From Capsulimonadaceae bacterium (lineage in GTDB: Bacteria > Armatimonadota > Armatimonadia > Armatimonadales > Capsulimonadaceae): 64,000 bases of DNA. Positions 46,987 to 57,149 of the stretch are shown here, piece after piece (position 1 is the stretch's first letter; each line of letters opens with the position of its first letter). The DNA is taken from positions 1,760,001-1,824,000 of the forward strand of contig OZ244065.1 of NCBI GenBank assembly GCA_965215505.1, written 5' to 3'. The notes beneath the pieces were generated by a model. It had not been told where the DNA came from, made no database searches, and was given only the letters and a program-made list of their open reading frames with translations. Both the position numbers and the translations under genes were made by a program.

Positions 46987-48498
46987 ATGAACGGCACGAT
47001 GAACGGCACGATGAACAGAATGGCGACACGCACCGCACTGGCCCTGGCAGCGGCGGGCCTCCTCTGCCTGCCCTTGACCGCCCAGGCGAAGCCGCCCAAG
47101 GCCCCCGCGAAGCCCAAGGCTCCTGCCAAAGGGGCCCCCACCGTGGCCGGCGACTGGAGCGGGACCCTGGACGCTGGCGGGACGAAGCTCCGGTTGGTCG
47201 TACACTTCACCTCTCGGCTCGGCGGCGGGCTGGCGGGGACTCTAGACAGCCTGGACCAGGGCGCGAACGGCATCCCGTTCAGCCTGGTCCGGCAGACAGG
47301 CTCCAAGGTCCACGCCGAGGCGTCAGGCATCAAGGCCGTCTATGACGGGACCCTGAACCCGGCGGGCAAGACGATCACCGGGCAGTGGAGTCAGAGCCTG
47401 CCGCTGCCCCTGACCTTGACCCGGATGACGGCGGCGACGCGCGCCGCGCTGCTGCATAACGACCGGCCCCAGGAGCCGACAGCGCCCTACCCCTATGCCG
47501 CCTCGGATGTCACGTTCCCCGGCGGCGCGGCGGGCGTGACTCTGGCCGGGACGCTGACCGTGCCGCCGGGCGACGGGCCGTTCCCCGCCGTCGTTTTGAT
47601 CGCAGGTTCGGGGCCGAACGACCGGGACGAGACGATCCTGCGGCACAAGATCTTCCTGGTTCTGGCCGACAGCCTGACCCGGCGCGGCGTCGCCGTCCTG
47701 CGCTATGACAAGCGCGGCATCGGGAAGTCCACGGGGAGCTATGCCCTCGCCACGAGCCGGGATTTCGCCGACGACGCCCAGGCGGCCTTTACCTATCTGA
47801 GAGCGCAGCCGCACGTCAATGCCGCCAAGGTCGGCCTGATCGGGCACAGCGAGGGCGGCCTGATCGCGCCGCTGGTGGCCGCCCAGTCACCCTCAGTCGC
47901 GTTCCTGGTCCTGCTGGCCGGGACGGGGGTTTCGGGCGAGCGGATTTTGACCGAGCAGGCCGCTCTGATCGGCCACGCCGAGGGCGCGAGCGACACGGAT
48001 GTGGCGCAGGGCCAGGCCCTGGAAAAGAAGGTGCTGCGGGTGGCGGCGACCGAGACGAACCCGGCCGCCGCCAGGGCGCGGATCGCGGCGCTGATGCATC
48101 AGTCGCTGGCCGCCCTGACGCCCGCCCAGAAGAAGAAGATTGGAGACACCGGTTCGCTGATCCGGGTGCAGAGCGCCACGCTGGTTTCGCCCTGGTTCCG
48201 CTATTTCCTGACCTACGACCCCGCGCCGACTTTGAAGCAGGTGCATTGCCCGGTCCTGGCCCTGGACGGGTCGCTCGATTTGCAGGTGCCGCCGGTCGAG
48301 AACCTGGCGGCCATCGGCGCGGCCCTGAAGGCGGGCGGCAACGCCGACGTCACGACAACGGAGCTGCCGGGCCTGAACCACCTGTTCCAGACCGCCAAGA
48401 CCGGGGCACCGTCGGAGTACGGCACCATCGAGGAGACGATGGCCCCCGCCCTGCTGTCGGCGGTCGGGGACTGGGTGGGAAAGACGTCCCGGCCGTAA
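46987..48498 (+). CDS. Secreted alpha/beta hydrolase (serine aminopeptidase/esterase-like)
   Basis: AAGGAG SD; GSGPNDRDE, RYDKRG.G.S, GHSEGG, LDLQV, GLNHLFQ; 12-bp repeat encodes MNGT-MNGT-MNR at the start. Confidence 0.88.
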   Translation: MNGTMNGTMNRMATRTALALAAAGLLCLPLTAQAKPPKAPAKPKAPAKGAPTVAGDWSGTLDAGGTKLRLVVHFTSRLGGGLAGTLDSLDQGANGIPFSLVRQTGSKVHAEASGIKAVYDGTLNPAGKTITGQWSQSLPLPLTLTRMTAATRAALLHNDRPQEPTAPYPYAASDVTFPGGAAGVTLAGTLTVPPGDGPFPAVVLIAGSGPNDRDETILRHKIFLVLADSLTRRGVAVLRYDKRGIGKSTGSYALATSRDFADDAQAAFTYLRAQPHVNAAKVGLIGHSEGGLIAPLVAAQSPSVAFLVLLAGTGVSGERILTEQAALIGHAEGASDTDVAQGQALEKKVLRVAATETNPAAARARIAALMHQSLAALTPAQKKKIGDTGSLIRVQSATLVSPWFRYFLTYDPAPTLKQVHCPVLALDGSLDLQVPPVENLAAIGAALKAGGNADVTTTELPGLNHLFQTAKTGAPSEYGTIEETMAPALLSAVGDWVGKTSRP

Positions 48499-48545
48499 GC
48501 CCCGGCCCTCGGCATCGCCGGCTAACAAATCCTAGGAAGAACCAC

Positions 48546-49358
48546 ATGCCCCTCGTTTTTGCCTGCATCGCGCCGCACGGCGGCCACCTCCTGCTCCCAC
48601 TGGATGCGCCCGGCCCGGTGCCCGAAGGCCGCCGGGCGATGGCGGCCCTGCACGAGACGTTCCGGGCGGCGAGGCCCGACTGCGTCGCCGTCCTGACTCC
48701 GCACGGGGTCGGGGTGCGCGGCGCGGTGTCACTTGGCGTCACGCCGACCGGCTACGGGGAGCTGGAAGGGGAAGGGGGCGCGGACAGCATCGCCGTCAGC
48801 GTCCAGACCGACCTGGACCTGGCCGCCGCCTGGGCGTACCGGGCGACCGAGCGGGGTGTGCCGGTCGCGCCGCTGTCGGCGCGCGAGGTGGGGGAAGCCC
48901 TACCGCTGGATTGGGGGGTGACGATCCCGCTGGCCCTGCTGGCGCCCGGCGCGGAGACCCTACCGACCGTGGTCTCCTGCCCCGCCCGCGACGTTTCGCG
49001 AGCGCACCTAGTGGACTGGGGGGAAACGCTGGTGGAAGCCGCCGACGCTCTAGGCCGCCGGGTCGCGCTGGTCGTCAGCGCCGATCAGGGGCACGGACAC
49101 GCCGTCGACGGGCCTTACGGGTACACACCGGCCTCGGCGGAGTACGACGCCGCCATGCGGGCCGCCGTCGAAGCGGACGACCTGGGACGCCTGCTGGACT
49201 GGCCGGAAGACTATGCCAAGACGGCCCTGGCGGACTCGTACTGGCAGACGCTAGCCCTGGTCGGGGCGGCGAAGCACGTCCCGCTGCGCGCGCAGTTTTT
49301 GTCCTACGAGGTGGACCACTACTTCGGGCTGCTCTGCGCGGGGTTCGAGGTGGGGTGA
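48546..49358 (+). CDS. LigB/Memo-like (class III extradiol dioxygenase fold) protein
   Basis: IAPHG, LTPHG, LDWGVTIPL, SADQGH, SYEV..YFG. Confidence 0.75.
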   Translation: MPLVFACIAPHGGHLLLPLDAPGPVPEGRRAMAALHETFRAARPDCVAVLTPHGVGVRGAVSLGVTPTGYGELEGEGGADSIAVSVQTDLDLAAAWAYRATERGVPVAPLSAREVGEALPLDWGVTIPLALLAPGAETLPTVVSCPARDVSRAHLVDWGETLVEAADALGRRVALVVSADQGHGHAVDGPYGYTPASAEYDAAMRAAVEADDLGRLLDWPEDYAKTALADSYWQTLALVGAAKHVPLRAQFLSYEVDHYFGLLCAGFEVG

Positions 49359-49390
49359 GCGGCCTCCAGGCCGCAGACTGAGGAGGCGTC

Positions 49391-49840
49391 ATGCGAAGTA
49401 CGTTTCTTGTCCCTCTGCTGTTCCCCTGTGCGCTGGCCCTCGCAGGGTGCGGCGGGGGTGACGGGTCGGACACGAACAGGGGCGGCCCGTTGCTTGGCTT
49501 TGCCCCCATCGGTATGCTGGGGGCAAGCAACATCGCGCTCCAGGTGACGGCGGCCGGCGGATCGGTGACGCTGCCCTGCGGCGACACGGGGCAGATCACG
49601 CAGCCACTCACCCTCGACGCGACCGGACATTTCGACGTGACGGGGACTCTGACGGAGGGCGGGGGTCCTCCTCTGATGACCCCAATCAGCCCGATCCCCG
49701 CGCGCTTTACCGGCACGACGGACGGCAAGACGATGACGCTGACGGTCACGCCCGCTCCACTCGGGGCACCCACAGGGGGTCCATACACGCTGACCTACGG
49801 CGCTCCGATGACCACCAACATCGGTGGGTGTCCCGGTTAG
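49391..49840 (+). CDS. Lipoprotein of unknown function
   Basis: GGAGG SD; LAGC lipobox; two further Cys (LPCG, C-terminal CPG). Confidence 0.7.
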   Translation: MRSTFLVPLLFPCALALAGCGGGDGSDTNRGGPLLGFAPIGMLGASNIALQVTAAGGSVTLPCGDTGQITQPLTLDATGHFDVTGTLTEGGGPPLMTPISPIPARFTGTTDGKTMTLTVTPAPLGAPTGGPYTLTYGAPMTTNIGGCPG

Positions 49841-49863
49841 CCGCCCGCCCCGCTCTCCCGCCG

Positions 49864-51552
49864 TCACGGCTTCCCCTCCGTCACCGTGATATATTTATCC
49901 ACGGCGGGGACCTTCACCGTCTGCATCAGGCCGCTGGGCCAGCGGATGGAGAGGCCATCCATGACCGTCGCCGCGCCCAGGCCGAAGTGGACGCGCTTGT
50001 CCGAGGCGGACAGGTAGGAACCGTCCGTGTGGCACAGGCGGAGCAGCTTATGGCCCCCGACCGTGGCGGTCACGAGGGCACCGATGCCGTCCCGGTTGCT
50101 CTGGGTGCCGATCAGGCGGACGCCGAGCCAGTGGCCCGCACTGGGAACTTCGTTGTGGAGCAGGAGCGGCTTGCCCTCGCTGTCCACGACCAGGATGTCC
50201 TGCTTCCCGTCGTTGTCGTAGTCGCCGACGGCAAGCCCGCGCCCGACGAGGGGCTGGGCGAAGGCCGGCCCACCCTGCGCCGAAACATCGTCGAAGGTGA
50301 GCGGGGTCGCTCCGGAGTTGTGGAAGAGCTGCAAGGGCTGCTTGTAGGTCGTCGAGCTGTCGATGGCGGCGATGTTGTCCTGGACGTGGCCGTTGGCGAT
50401 GACCACGTCTAGATGGCCGTCGTTGTCGTAGTCGAACAGCTTACAGCCGAAGGCGACGTGCGGGATGGTGGTCGCGGCCAGCCCGGTCCGGTAGGTGACG
50501 TCGGTGAACTGCCCCGCCCCGTCATTGTGGTACAGAGACTTGGCTTCCCCTTGGAAGGTGGCGACGAACAGGTCCAGCCGCCCCTCGCCCGAATAGTCCC
50601 CCCAGTCCGTCCCCATGCCGCCGTGAATCTGGCCGTCCCGGTCAAAGGCCGTGCCCGCCTCCGTCCCGATGTTTGTGTAGTGGGCGGCGTTCTTGGTGTC
50701 CGGGCGCAGCAGGTCCCCGGCCATCTCGTCGTTCGAGATCGCGAGGCTCGGAGCTTCGCCCGGCTCCAACGGTGCCCAGGCGACCCCCAGCCCGCGCCCA
50801 TTCGTGGCGGGGATGCCGGCGGCCTTGCTGACGTCGGCGAAGCGCCCGCCGCCGAGGTTTCGGTAGAGGACTCCTTTGAGCGGTGTGTAGTAGCGCGGGC
50901 CGCATGAGGTCTGGACGCCGTGCGAGGGGCAGAGCTGCTGGGAGGACGGGCCGAAGACGGCGTAGTTCGCGACGAACAGGTCCAGCCGGCCCGAGCCGGG
51001 GACGCTCTGCGCCCAGGCCGCCGAGGTGCCCCAGGGCTGCATCTTCAGCCCCGCCGCCATCGTGACATCTTGGAATCGCTTGCCGCCCTCGTTGTGGAGC
51101 AGCAGGCCGGCCCGGTAGCCGCTGATGTAAATGTCGTCATACCCGTCGCCGTCGTAGTCGCCGACCGCACAGCCCAAAAAATGGCCCCTCAGAGTGTCCA
51201 GCCCCATAGCATGGGACACGTCGGCGAAGTGCCCCTTACCGTCCCCTTTGAAGAGCGCGACGTGGTCTGTGCCGACCAGCAGGACCGACAGGTTCCCCGA
51301 GTTGTCGTAGTCCAGGAACGCGCACCCGTTGCCGATAGTCTGGAGGATATTCAGGGGGCGCGTCCCCGGCACCGTCCATTGGTAGCGCAGCCCGGCCTTG
51401 TCTGCCACGTCGGCGAAGAGCAGCGGCCCGGCGGGGGCAGACGCTACAAGCGTCGGCGACGGAGGGACTGCGTCATGGCGGCAGCCGGCCAGCGAGGCGG
51501 CAAGGATAGCGGCGGGCAGCAGGAGGAACGCGCGGCGTGGGGGAGACTTCAT
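49864..51552 (-). CDS. CRTAC1/ASPIC-UnbV family lipoprotein with FG-GAP repeats
   Basis: LAGC lipobox; repeated DYDNDG; SNRDGIGA.V, GSYLS, HFGLG, WPSG. Confidence 0.9.
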   Translation of the reverse strand: MKSPPRRAFLLLPAAILAASLAGCRHDAVPPSPTLVASAPAGPLLFADVADKAGLRYQWTVPGTRPLNILQTIGNGCAFLDYDNSGNLSVLLVGTDHVALFKGDGKGHFADVSHAMGLDTLRGHFLGCAVGDYDGDGYDDIYISGYRAGLLLHNEGGKRFQDVTMAAGLKMQPWGTSAAWAQSVPGSGRLDLFVANYAVFGPSSQQLCPSHGVQTSCGPRYYTPLKGVLYRNLGGGRFADVSKAAGIPATNGRGLGVAWAPLEPGEAPSLAISNDEMAGDLLRPDTKNAAHYTNIGTEAGTAFDRDGQIHGGMGTDWGDYSGEGRLDLFVATFQGEAKSLYHNDGAGQFTDVTYRTGLAATTIPHVAFGCKLFDYDNDGHLDVVIANGHVQDNIAAIDSSTTYKQPLQLFHNSGATPLTFDDVSAQGGPAFAQPLVGRGLAVGDYDNDGKQDILVVDSEGKPLLLHNEVPSAGHWLGVRLIGTQSNRDGIGALVTATVGGHKLLRLCHTDGSYLSASDKRVHFGLGAATVMDGLSIRWPSGLMQTVKVPAVDKYITVTEGKP

Positions 51553-51561
51553 CGTGCCTTC

Positions 51562-51590
51562 ATTATAGGCGGGCGGCGGCGGGTTGTCAA
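51562..51590 (-). promoter_or_regulatory. Consensus sigma70 promoter for the CRTAC1 gene
   Basis: Minus strand TTGACA (51590-51585)-N17-TATAAT (51567-51562), 9 nt before the ATG. Confidence 0.75.
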
Positions 51591-51611
51591 GCGGGGGCAG
51601 GCGGAAGCGCC

Positions 51612-51878
51612 TCACGGGGCAAGTGCCTCCCGTAAGGCGTTGGACAAGGCGTTGTGCCGCCGGGCCGTACCCAGAGGGTCATGCAAGAGCAGGCGCACCG
51701 TATCATCCCAATGGGGTGGCCCGCACCCGCACGGCGGCGATGTCGGCCTGATCCTGATCGGCGAGGATCGCCCGTGTCCGCGCCGATGCGGCGGCCAGAA
51801 GCGCCGCCCCCCTCGCTCGGGAGAAGGGGCGGCGCTCGGGGTCGGCTTCCGGGGGGCCGGTGTCCGGGGAGAAGGCAT
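51612..51878 (-). pseudogene. Internally deleted remnant of the TPR gene at 52867-54540
   Basis: 5' end nearly identical to 54540-54450 with a 1-bp frameshift; middle LAAASARTRAILADQDQAD..ATPL matches LAAQTAARAQSLQADRQRAD..KTPL; 3' DDTVRLL..DP.G...ALAP matches EDTVRLL..DP.G...ALAP. Confidence 0.8.
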
Positions 51879-51881
51879 GGC

Positions 51882-52694
51882 CTAGTTGCAGAGGCTCTTG
51901 TCGATGTACCAGTAGTACGGAGAGCCGTCCGTGTAGGCCGAGGACCTCATGTACTTGACGTGGCCGTCGTAGAACAGGTAGTTGTCGCCGGTGCCGCCAT
52001 GCAGCAGGCCCGGCGTATTGGACATGGTAGCGCTGCCCACCCAGGTGACAGGATGGTTGGGGTAGAACGTGCCGTTGATGTCCGTGTCCGCCGACTCCCA
52101 GATGTTGTAGTAGCCCATCTTGCCGGGAGGATTGTCGGTATTCGTCCGGTTGGTGGCGTCCATCATCATGATGGTATCTGAGGGAGAGGTGATCTGGGAC
52201 AGTGCATCCTTCGCCATGTCGCTGTTGTTGGCCTGTCCCGTGCTGAAAAAGTTCCCGTTCGAGGCCGCGATGATCGAGGCGTAAGCGTAGTCGATGCCGC
52301 CGCCGGGGTTGGTGGTCGTGCTGTAGCAGGTGTTGGGGTTGGTGAGACAGTCGTTCGCGCCGTTGTTGTCAAAATGCACGATCGAGTCCGGGCAGTGGAA
52401 AACGCCCTGAGCCTTGACGAACGGGTAGATCATCTCGGCGTAGGAGGTGCGGTCATTGGTAGCACCATTGAACTGGTAGGAGCCGCTGTACTGCTCGTCG
52501 GCGTCCTGGGAATACTGCGTCTCGGCAAGACCGAGCTGCTTGAGGTTCGAGGCGCAGGAGGCGCGGCGAGCGTTCTCCCTGACCTTCTGGAAGACCGGGA
52601 AGAGGATCGCCGCCAGGATCGCGATTATCGCGATGACGACAAGCAGTTCGATCAGGGTGAAGCCGCTCGACGGCTTCTGTTTGGAACGTGACAT
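51882..52694 (-). CDS. Prepilin-type N-terminal cleavage / DUF1559 / H-X9-DG protein, copy 2
   Basis: [36 protein letters not shown]...[10 protein letters not shown]. Confidence 0.92.
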   Translation of the reverse strand: MSRSKQKPSSGFTLIELLVVIAIIAILAAILFPVFQKVRENARRASCASNLKQLGLAETQYSQDADEQYSGSYQFNGATNDRTSYAEMIYPFVKAQGVFHCPDSIVHFDNNGANDCLTNPNTCYSTTTNPGGGIDYAYASIIAASNGNFFSTGQANNSDMAKDALSQITSPSDTIMMMDATNRTNTDNPPGKMGYYNIWESADTDINGTFYPNHPVTWVGSATMSNTPGLLHGGTGDNYLFYDGHVKYMRSSAYTDGSPYYWYIDKSLCN

Positions 52695-52866
52695 GAGAGG
52701 ATACTCCTTCATCAACGTCGGGGCAGTGGTCTGCCTCCCTACTCAAGAGACGCAGCCGCTCTGGAATCGTTCAATCCAGGGCCTGATTGTCGTTTCCTGG
52801 GCTTGGTATCGAGAGTCTATCCCGCAAAGATGAAGGAGAGATGAAAGGCAAACTGAGAGGAGAGCG

Positions 52867-54540
52867 TCACGGGGCGAGCGCCTTCTGGACGGCATCGGAC
52901 AGCGCATCGCGCTGGCGCATCGTCCCCGAGGGATCGGCACGCAGCAGGCGCACCGTGTCCTCCTCCTGCTTCGCCTTATCCGGCCGGCCCAGGCGGGCGT
53001 AAAGGGCGGCGAGCTGCCGGTGCAGGCCGAGGTCCAGCGGTGTCTTGGCGGCGGCATCCGCCAGGGCATCCGCGCGCTGCCGGTCGGCCTGGAGGGACTG
53101 GGCGCGGGCTGCGGTCTGGGCGGCGAGGGGGGGCTTGCCCGCCCGCCCATAGGCGCGGGCCAGGACCAGCAGCAGCTTGGGGTCGTCGGGGGTGCGCGCG
53201 CGGGCGTCCTCGAACAGTGCGACCGCCTCGGCGGTGTGCCCATCGTCCAGCAGGATCTGGCCGAGCTGGACGTCGGCCAGCGGGTTGTGCGGGCTGAGGC
53301 GCAGGCTCTCGCGTGTCTGCGCTTCCGCCTCGGCGGTGCGGGCCGGCGTCGGGGCGGCGTCGCGCAGGATCAGGCCGAGCAGATAGTGGGCCAGGGCGTC
53401 ATCCGGGGCGGACTGGAGCCGGCGGCGCGTCTGGGTTTCGGCCTCGGCCATGCGCGAACTCTGGCGCAGGGCGTCGGCGTAGTCGTCTAGATAGTCGGTC
53501 CGGTTTGGGGCCAGGCGGGCGGCGCGGTCGAAGTCGGCGGCGGCCAGGGCCGGGCCGCGCATCCGGGCCTGGGTGCGTCCCATGCCGATCCAGGCGTCGG
53601 CGTCTCCAGAGGCGAGGGCCGTGGCACGCTGGTAGGCGGCCAGCGCCTGGGTGCTGAGGCCGCTCTGGAGCGAGGCGTTCCCGAAGCCGATCAGGGCGGG
53701 CAGCCAGTGCGGCCGGAGCTTCAGGCAGGCGAGGTACTGGAGGGCGGCCTGCGGCGCGTCGCCCGCCTGAGCGTCATAGTCGGCCAGGGCGAGCGTGGCG
53801 GCGGGCGAGTCGGGGGCCAGCGAGTGGGCGAGGGCGAGGACCGGCCCGGCTTCGGCCACGCGGTGGTCGCGCAACAGGGCTTCGCCCCAGAGGCGCTGCG
53901 CCTGGGCGTTGTTCGGCTGGGCGGCGGCCCAGGCCTGCCGGGTGGCGACGCCGCTCGACTCGGGGTGGAGCCGCCCCCACCACTCGGCCAGGCCGTTCAG
54001 TGCGCTCCCCCGCGCATACCGGGCGCGCAGCGGGCCGGGGCCGAGCGGGTCAATAGCGGCGGCGAGGGCGGCGGGCGGCGCGTCCGCATCGGTGACGCGC
54101 GCCCGTGCCAGGGCACCTTGCAGGGCGGTGGAGTCGGGCAGGGACTTCAGGCCCACGCGCAGGTCGGCGATGGCGCGGGGCCGGTCGCCGGCGGCGGCGG
54201 TGTTGGCGGCCAGAGCTTCCCAGGTGTCGTCGTTCCCCTCCCCCGCCGCGATGGCCCGGCGCAAGACGTCGGCTGCCGCGCCGTTCTCGCCCGCCGCCAT
54301 GCGGCCCGCGCCGACGAGGGCGAGCAGAGGGCCGTCGCCGGGGTCACTGTCGGCCTGCTGTTCCAGCGAAGGCAGGGAGGCCTCGCGGCGTGCTGTCTCG
54401 CGCCACATGCCGGGCAGGATCAGGACGACGGCCAGGGCGAGCAACAGGGCGACGGCCAAAAGCGCCGCCCCCCTCGTTCGGGAGAAGGGGCGGCGCTCGG
54501 TGGTCGGTATCCGGGAGGCCGGTGTCCGGGGAGGAGGCAT
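52867..54540 (-). CDS. Membrane-anchored tetratricopeptide repeat protein
   Basis: N-terminal TM; many A..L.P....A TPR units. Confidence 0.85.
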   Translation of the reverse strand: MPPPRTPASRIPTTERRPFSRTRGAALLAVALLLALAVVLILPGMWRETARREASLPSLEQQADSDPGDGPLLALVGAGRMAAGENGAAADVLRRAIAAGEGNDDTWEALAANTAAAGDRPRAIADLRVGLKSLPDSTALQGALARARVTDADAPPAALAAAIDPLGPGPLRARYARGSALNGLAEWWGRLHPESSGVATRQAWAAAQPNNAQAQRLWGEALLRDHRVAEAGPVLALAHSLAPDSPAATLALADYDAQAGDAPQAALQYLACLKLRPHWLPALIGFGNASLQSGLSTQALAAYQRATALASGDADAWIGMGRTQARMRGPALAAADFDRAARLAPNRTDYLDDYADALRQSSRMAEAETQTRRRLQSAPDDALAHYLLGLILRDAAPTPARTAEAEAQTRESLRLSPHNPLADVQLGQILLDDGHTAEAVALFEDARARTPDDPKLLLVLARAYGRAGKPPLAAQTAARAQSLQADRQRADALADAAAKTPLDLGLHRQLAALYARLGRPDKAKQEEDTVRLLRADPSGTMRQRDALSDAVQKALAP

Positions 54541-54543
54541 GGC

Positions 54544-55350
54544 CTAGTTGCAGAGGCTCTTGTCGATGTACCAGTAGTACGGCGAGCCGTCGGTATAGCG
54601 CGAGGACTTCATGTACTTGACGTGGCCGTCATAGAACAGGTAGTTGTCGCCGTCGTGGCTGCCATGCAGCTTGCCGGGCGTGACCGGGTTCGTCGCGTTG
54701 CCGACCCAGGTGGAAGGGTGGTTCGGGTAGAACGTCCCGTTGATGTCCGTCTCCGGTGTTTCCCACACGTTGTAATAAGCATTACCGCCGCCCTTGCCGT
54801 TCCCGTCCATCATCATGATGGTGTCGGAAGGCGAGCCGATGCTGGACAGAGCATCTTTGGCCTGGTCGCTGCCGTTAGCCTGGCCCGTGTTGACCGAGAT
54901 GATCGCAGCGTAGGCATAGTCAATACCGCCGCCGGGGTTCGGCGGGATCGCACCCTGAGCCATCGTGCTGTAGCAAGTGTTCGGGTTCAGGTCACAGTCA
55001 TTAACGTTGTTCTGGCCGAAATGGGCGGTCGCATCCGGGCAGTGGAAGACGCCCTGGGCCTTGACGAACGGGTAGATCATCTCCGCGTAGGAGTTGCGCC
55101 GCCCGCCGAACTGCGGGGCGTTGTTAGGCTGGAAGGCACCGCTGTACTGCTCGTCGGCGTCCTGGGAATACTGCGTCTCGGCCAGGCCAAGCTGCTTGAG
55201 GTTCGAGGAGCAGGAGGCGCGGCGGGCGTTCTCTCGCACCTTCTGGAAGACTGGGAACAGGATGGCGGCGAGAATCGCGATGATGGCGATGACGACGAGC
55301 AGCTCGATCAGGGTGAAGCCGCTGCGCGGTTTCGGGGGTGAGTGGTGCAT
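54544..55350 (-). CDS. Prepilin-type N-terminal cleavage / DUF1559 / H-X9-DG protein, copy 1
   Basis: Same motifs as copy 2; identical C-terminus [17 protein letters not shown]. Confidence 0.92.
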   Translation of the reverse strand: MHHSPPKPRSGFTLIELLVVIAIIAILAAILFPVFQKVRENARRASCSSNLKQLGLAETQYSQDADEQYSGAFQPNNAPQFGGRRNSYAEMIYPFVKAQGVFHCPDATAHFGQNNVNDCDLNPNTCYSTMAQGAIPPNPGGGIDYAYAAIISVNTGQANGSDQAKDALSSIGSPSDTIMMMDGNGKGGGNAYYNVWETPETDINGTFYPNHPSTWVGNATNPVTPGKLHGSHDGDNYLFYDGHVKYMKSSRYTDGSPYYWYIDKSLCN

Positions 55351-55654
55351 TGAATCTCCTAGCGATGTCTTGGTAGAATGGGTGTCGTCCCTTCCTCGGC
55401 GTGCGAGGCACACTGGGCGGGACAGACCTCAGAAAAGACTGGAAAGGGCGTCATATCGAAAGACAACGGCGGCTTCGGACCCTCAGCCTGACTAGTCCAG
55501 TATACCCAGATTTGATGAAAATCAGATGAAAGCTGTATTAAATAAAGATTAAATTTAGAAGAGGGATGGTTCCACATGTTCCTTCCCACGCGCAGTCGTC
55601 CTGCGTTCATGCCGGGGAGAGGAGCAGACGGGACATTTCGGGTAGAATGAGAAC

Positions 55655-57031
55655 ATGACTAATGACGACAAGACGGGCGGCGCTCCGGCGGGCGGCGTCA
55701 CGCAGGACCCCGCCTACACGGCTGGACTGGAGTTCAGCCGGCGGGCCGAGTTCCCCGGCGCGATCGCCGCCTTTGAGGCGGCGATCGCCCGCTTCCCGGA
55801 AGACGCGGAGGGGCCGTACCAGCTCGGGCTGGCCTACCAGCGCCGGGCCGAGACCATCCTGCCGCCCGCCTTGCGCGAAAAGGGGGCGGGGACCGGGGTC
55901 GCGGACCTCGCCGCCTCCGTCCTGGGCCTGGGCGTCCTGGCCGCTTCGAAGGCGCTGGGGAACACCGACTGGATCGTGCAGTACCGCGAAGCCTTCCGGG
56001 CGTCCGTCGTGCAGTTCGAGCGGGCCATCATGCTGAGTCCCGACGACCCGCGCTTCCACCACGCGCTGGCCCTGTCGCTGCGGTATCTGGGGCAGACCGA
56101 GGCCGCCGCCGAGGCCGCCCAGGCGGCGTCCGCCCGCGCGCCCGGCGAGGCGGCCTACCGCGAGCGGGCGCAGTCACTGGACCAGGCGGCCCGGCGCGAG
56201 TCGCGCGGGGACAAGGGCACGTCACCGAACAACGTCACTTGGGACGACGTGGTCCTGCCCGCCCGGACCAAGCGCGAATTGAAGCAGATGCAGCTCCTTC
56301 TGGAGAACCCCAGCCTGTCGCGCGACCTGGGCATCGAGCCGCCCACCGGCCTGCTGCTGTACGGCCCGCCGGGCACGGGCAAGACGACCATCGCGCGGGT
56401 CCTGGCCCACGAGTCGCACTGCGCGTTCCTGGCGACCTCGCCCGCCGAAATCAACTCCATGTGGCTGGGAGAGAGTGAGAAGGCGGTCAAGAAGCTCTTC
56501 GACGAGGCGCGGGCGAAGGCCCCGGCCATCGTCTTCTTGGACGAGATAGACGCCCTGCTGCCCTCGCGTTCCGGGGGCGTGAACCAATACAGCGATAAGG
56601 TCGTCAACCAGTTCTTGCACGAGATGGACGGACTAATCAAGAACCGGCGCATCTTCGTGGTGGGCGCGACGAACCGGCGGGACATGCTGGACGCCGCCCT
56701 GCTGCGCGGCGGTCGCTTGTCGCGCGAGATCGAGATCCCCCTGCCCGACGAGCCGGCCCGGCGTCAGCTATTCGCCCTCAGCACAGCGGGCGCGCGGCTG
56801 GCCGACGACGTGGACCTGGACGAATTGGCGCAGCGGACCGACCGCTACTCGGGGGCGAACATCAAGGCGGTGGTCAACGAGGCGGGCTTGCAGGCACTCA
56901 TCCGTCTGTCCGAGGCCGGGGGCGAGGTGAAGCGGGTCCTGACTCGGGAGGACTTCGAGGAAGCCCTGTCGAACTTCACGCCGCCGCCCGTCGAGGAGGC
57001 ACCGAATCCATGGCGGATGTTCGGGGGATGA
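55655..57031 (+). CDS. TPR-containing single-module AAA+ ATPase
   Basis: GPPGTGKT, WLGESEK, FLDEID, GATNR, DAALLRGGR; N-terminal TPRs. Confidence 0.9.
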   Translation: MTNDDKTGGAPAGGVTQDPAYTAGLEFSRRAEFPGAIAAFEAAIARFPEDAEGPYQLGLAYQRRAETILPPALREKGAGTGVADLAASVLGLGVLAASKALGNTDWIVQYREAFRASVVQFERAIMLSPDDPRFHHALALSLRYLGQTEAAAEAAQAASARAPGEAAYRERAQSLDQAARRESRGDKGTSPNNVTWDDVVLPARTKRELKQMQLLLENPSLSRDLGIEPPTGLLLYGPPGTGKTTIARVLAHESHCAFLATSPAEINSMWLGESEKAVKKLFDEARAKAPAIVFLDEIDALLPSRSGGVNQYSDKVVNQFLHEMDGLIKNRRIFVVGATNRRDMLDAALLRGGRLSREIEIPLPDEPARRQLFALSTAGARLADDVDLDELAQRTDRYSGANIKAVVNEAGLQALIRLSEAGGEVKRVLTREDFEEALSNFTPPPVEEAPNPWRMFGG

Positions 57032-57044
57032 TGCCGGCCTCCTT

Positions 57045-57149
57045 GTAAGGACGCCGCTTGCCGCGCCCTCCTTCGCGCCGGGCTGTTTTTTACTTCGCGC
57101 GCCCTTCCAAGATAGAAGGAAAAGAGGGCGCGGCAAGCGGTGCCCCCAC
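57045..57149. repeat. GTAG-type REP doublet (105 bp)
   Basis: GTAAGGACGCCGCTTGCCGCGCCCTC ... GAGGGCGCGGCAAGCGGTGCCCCCAC, inverted. Confidence 0.75.
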
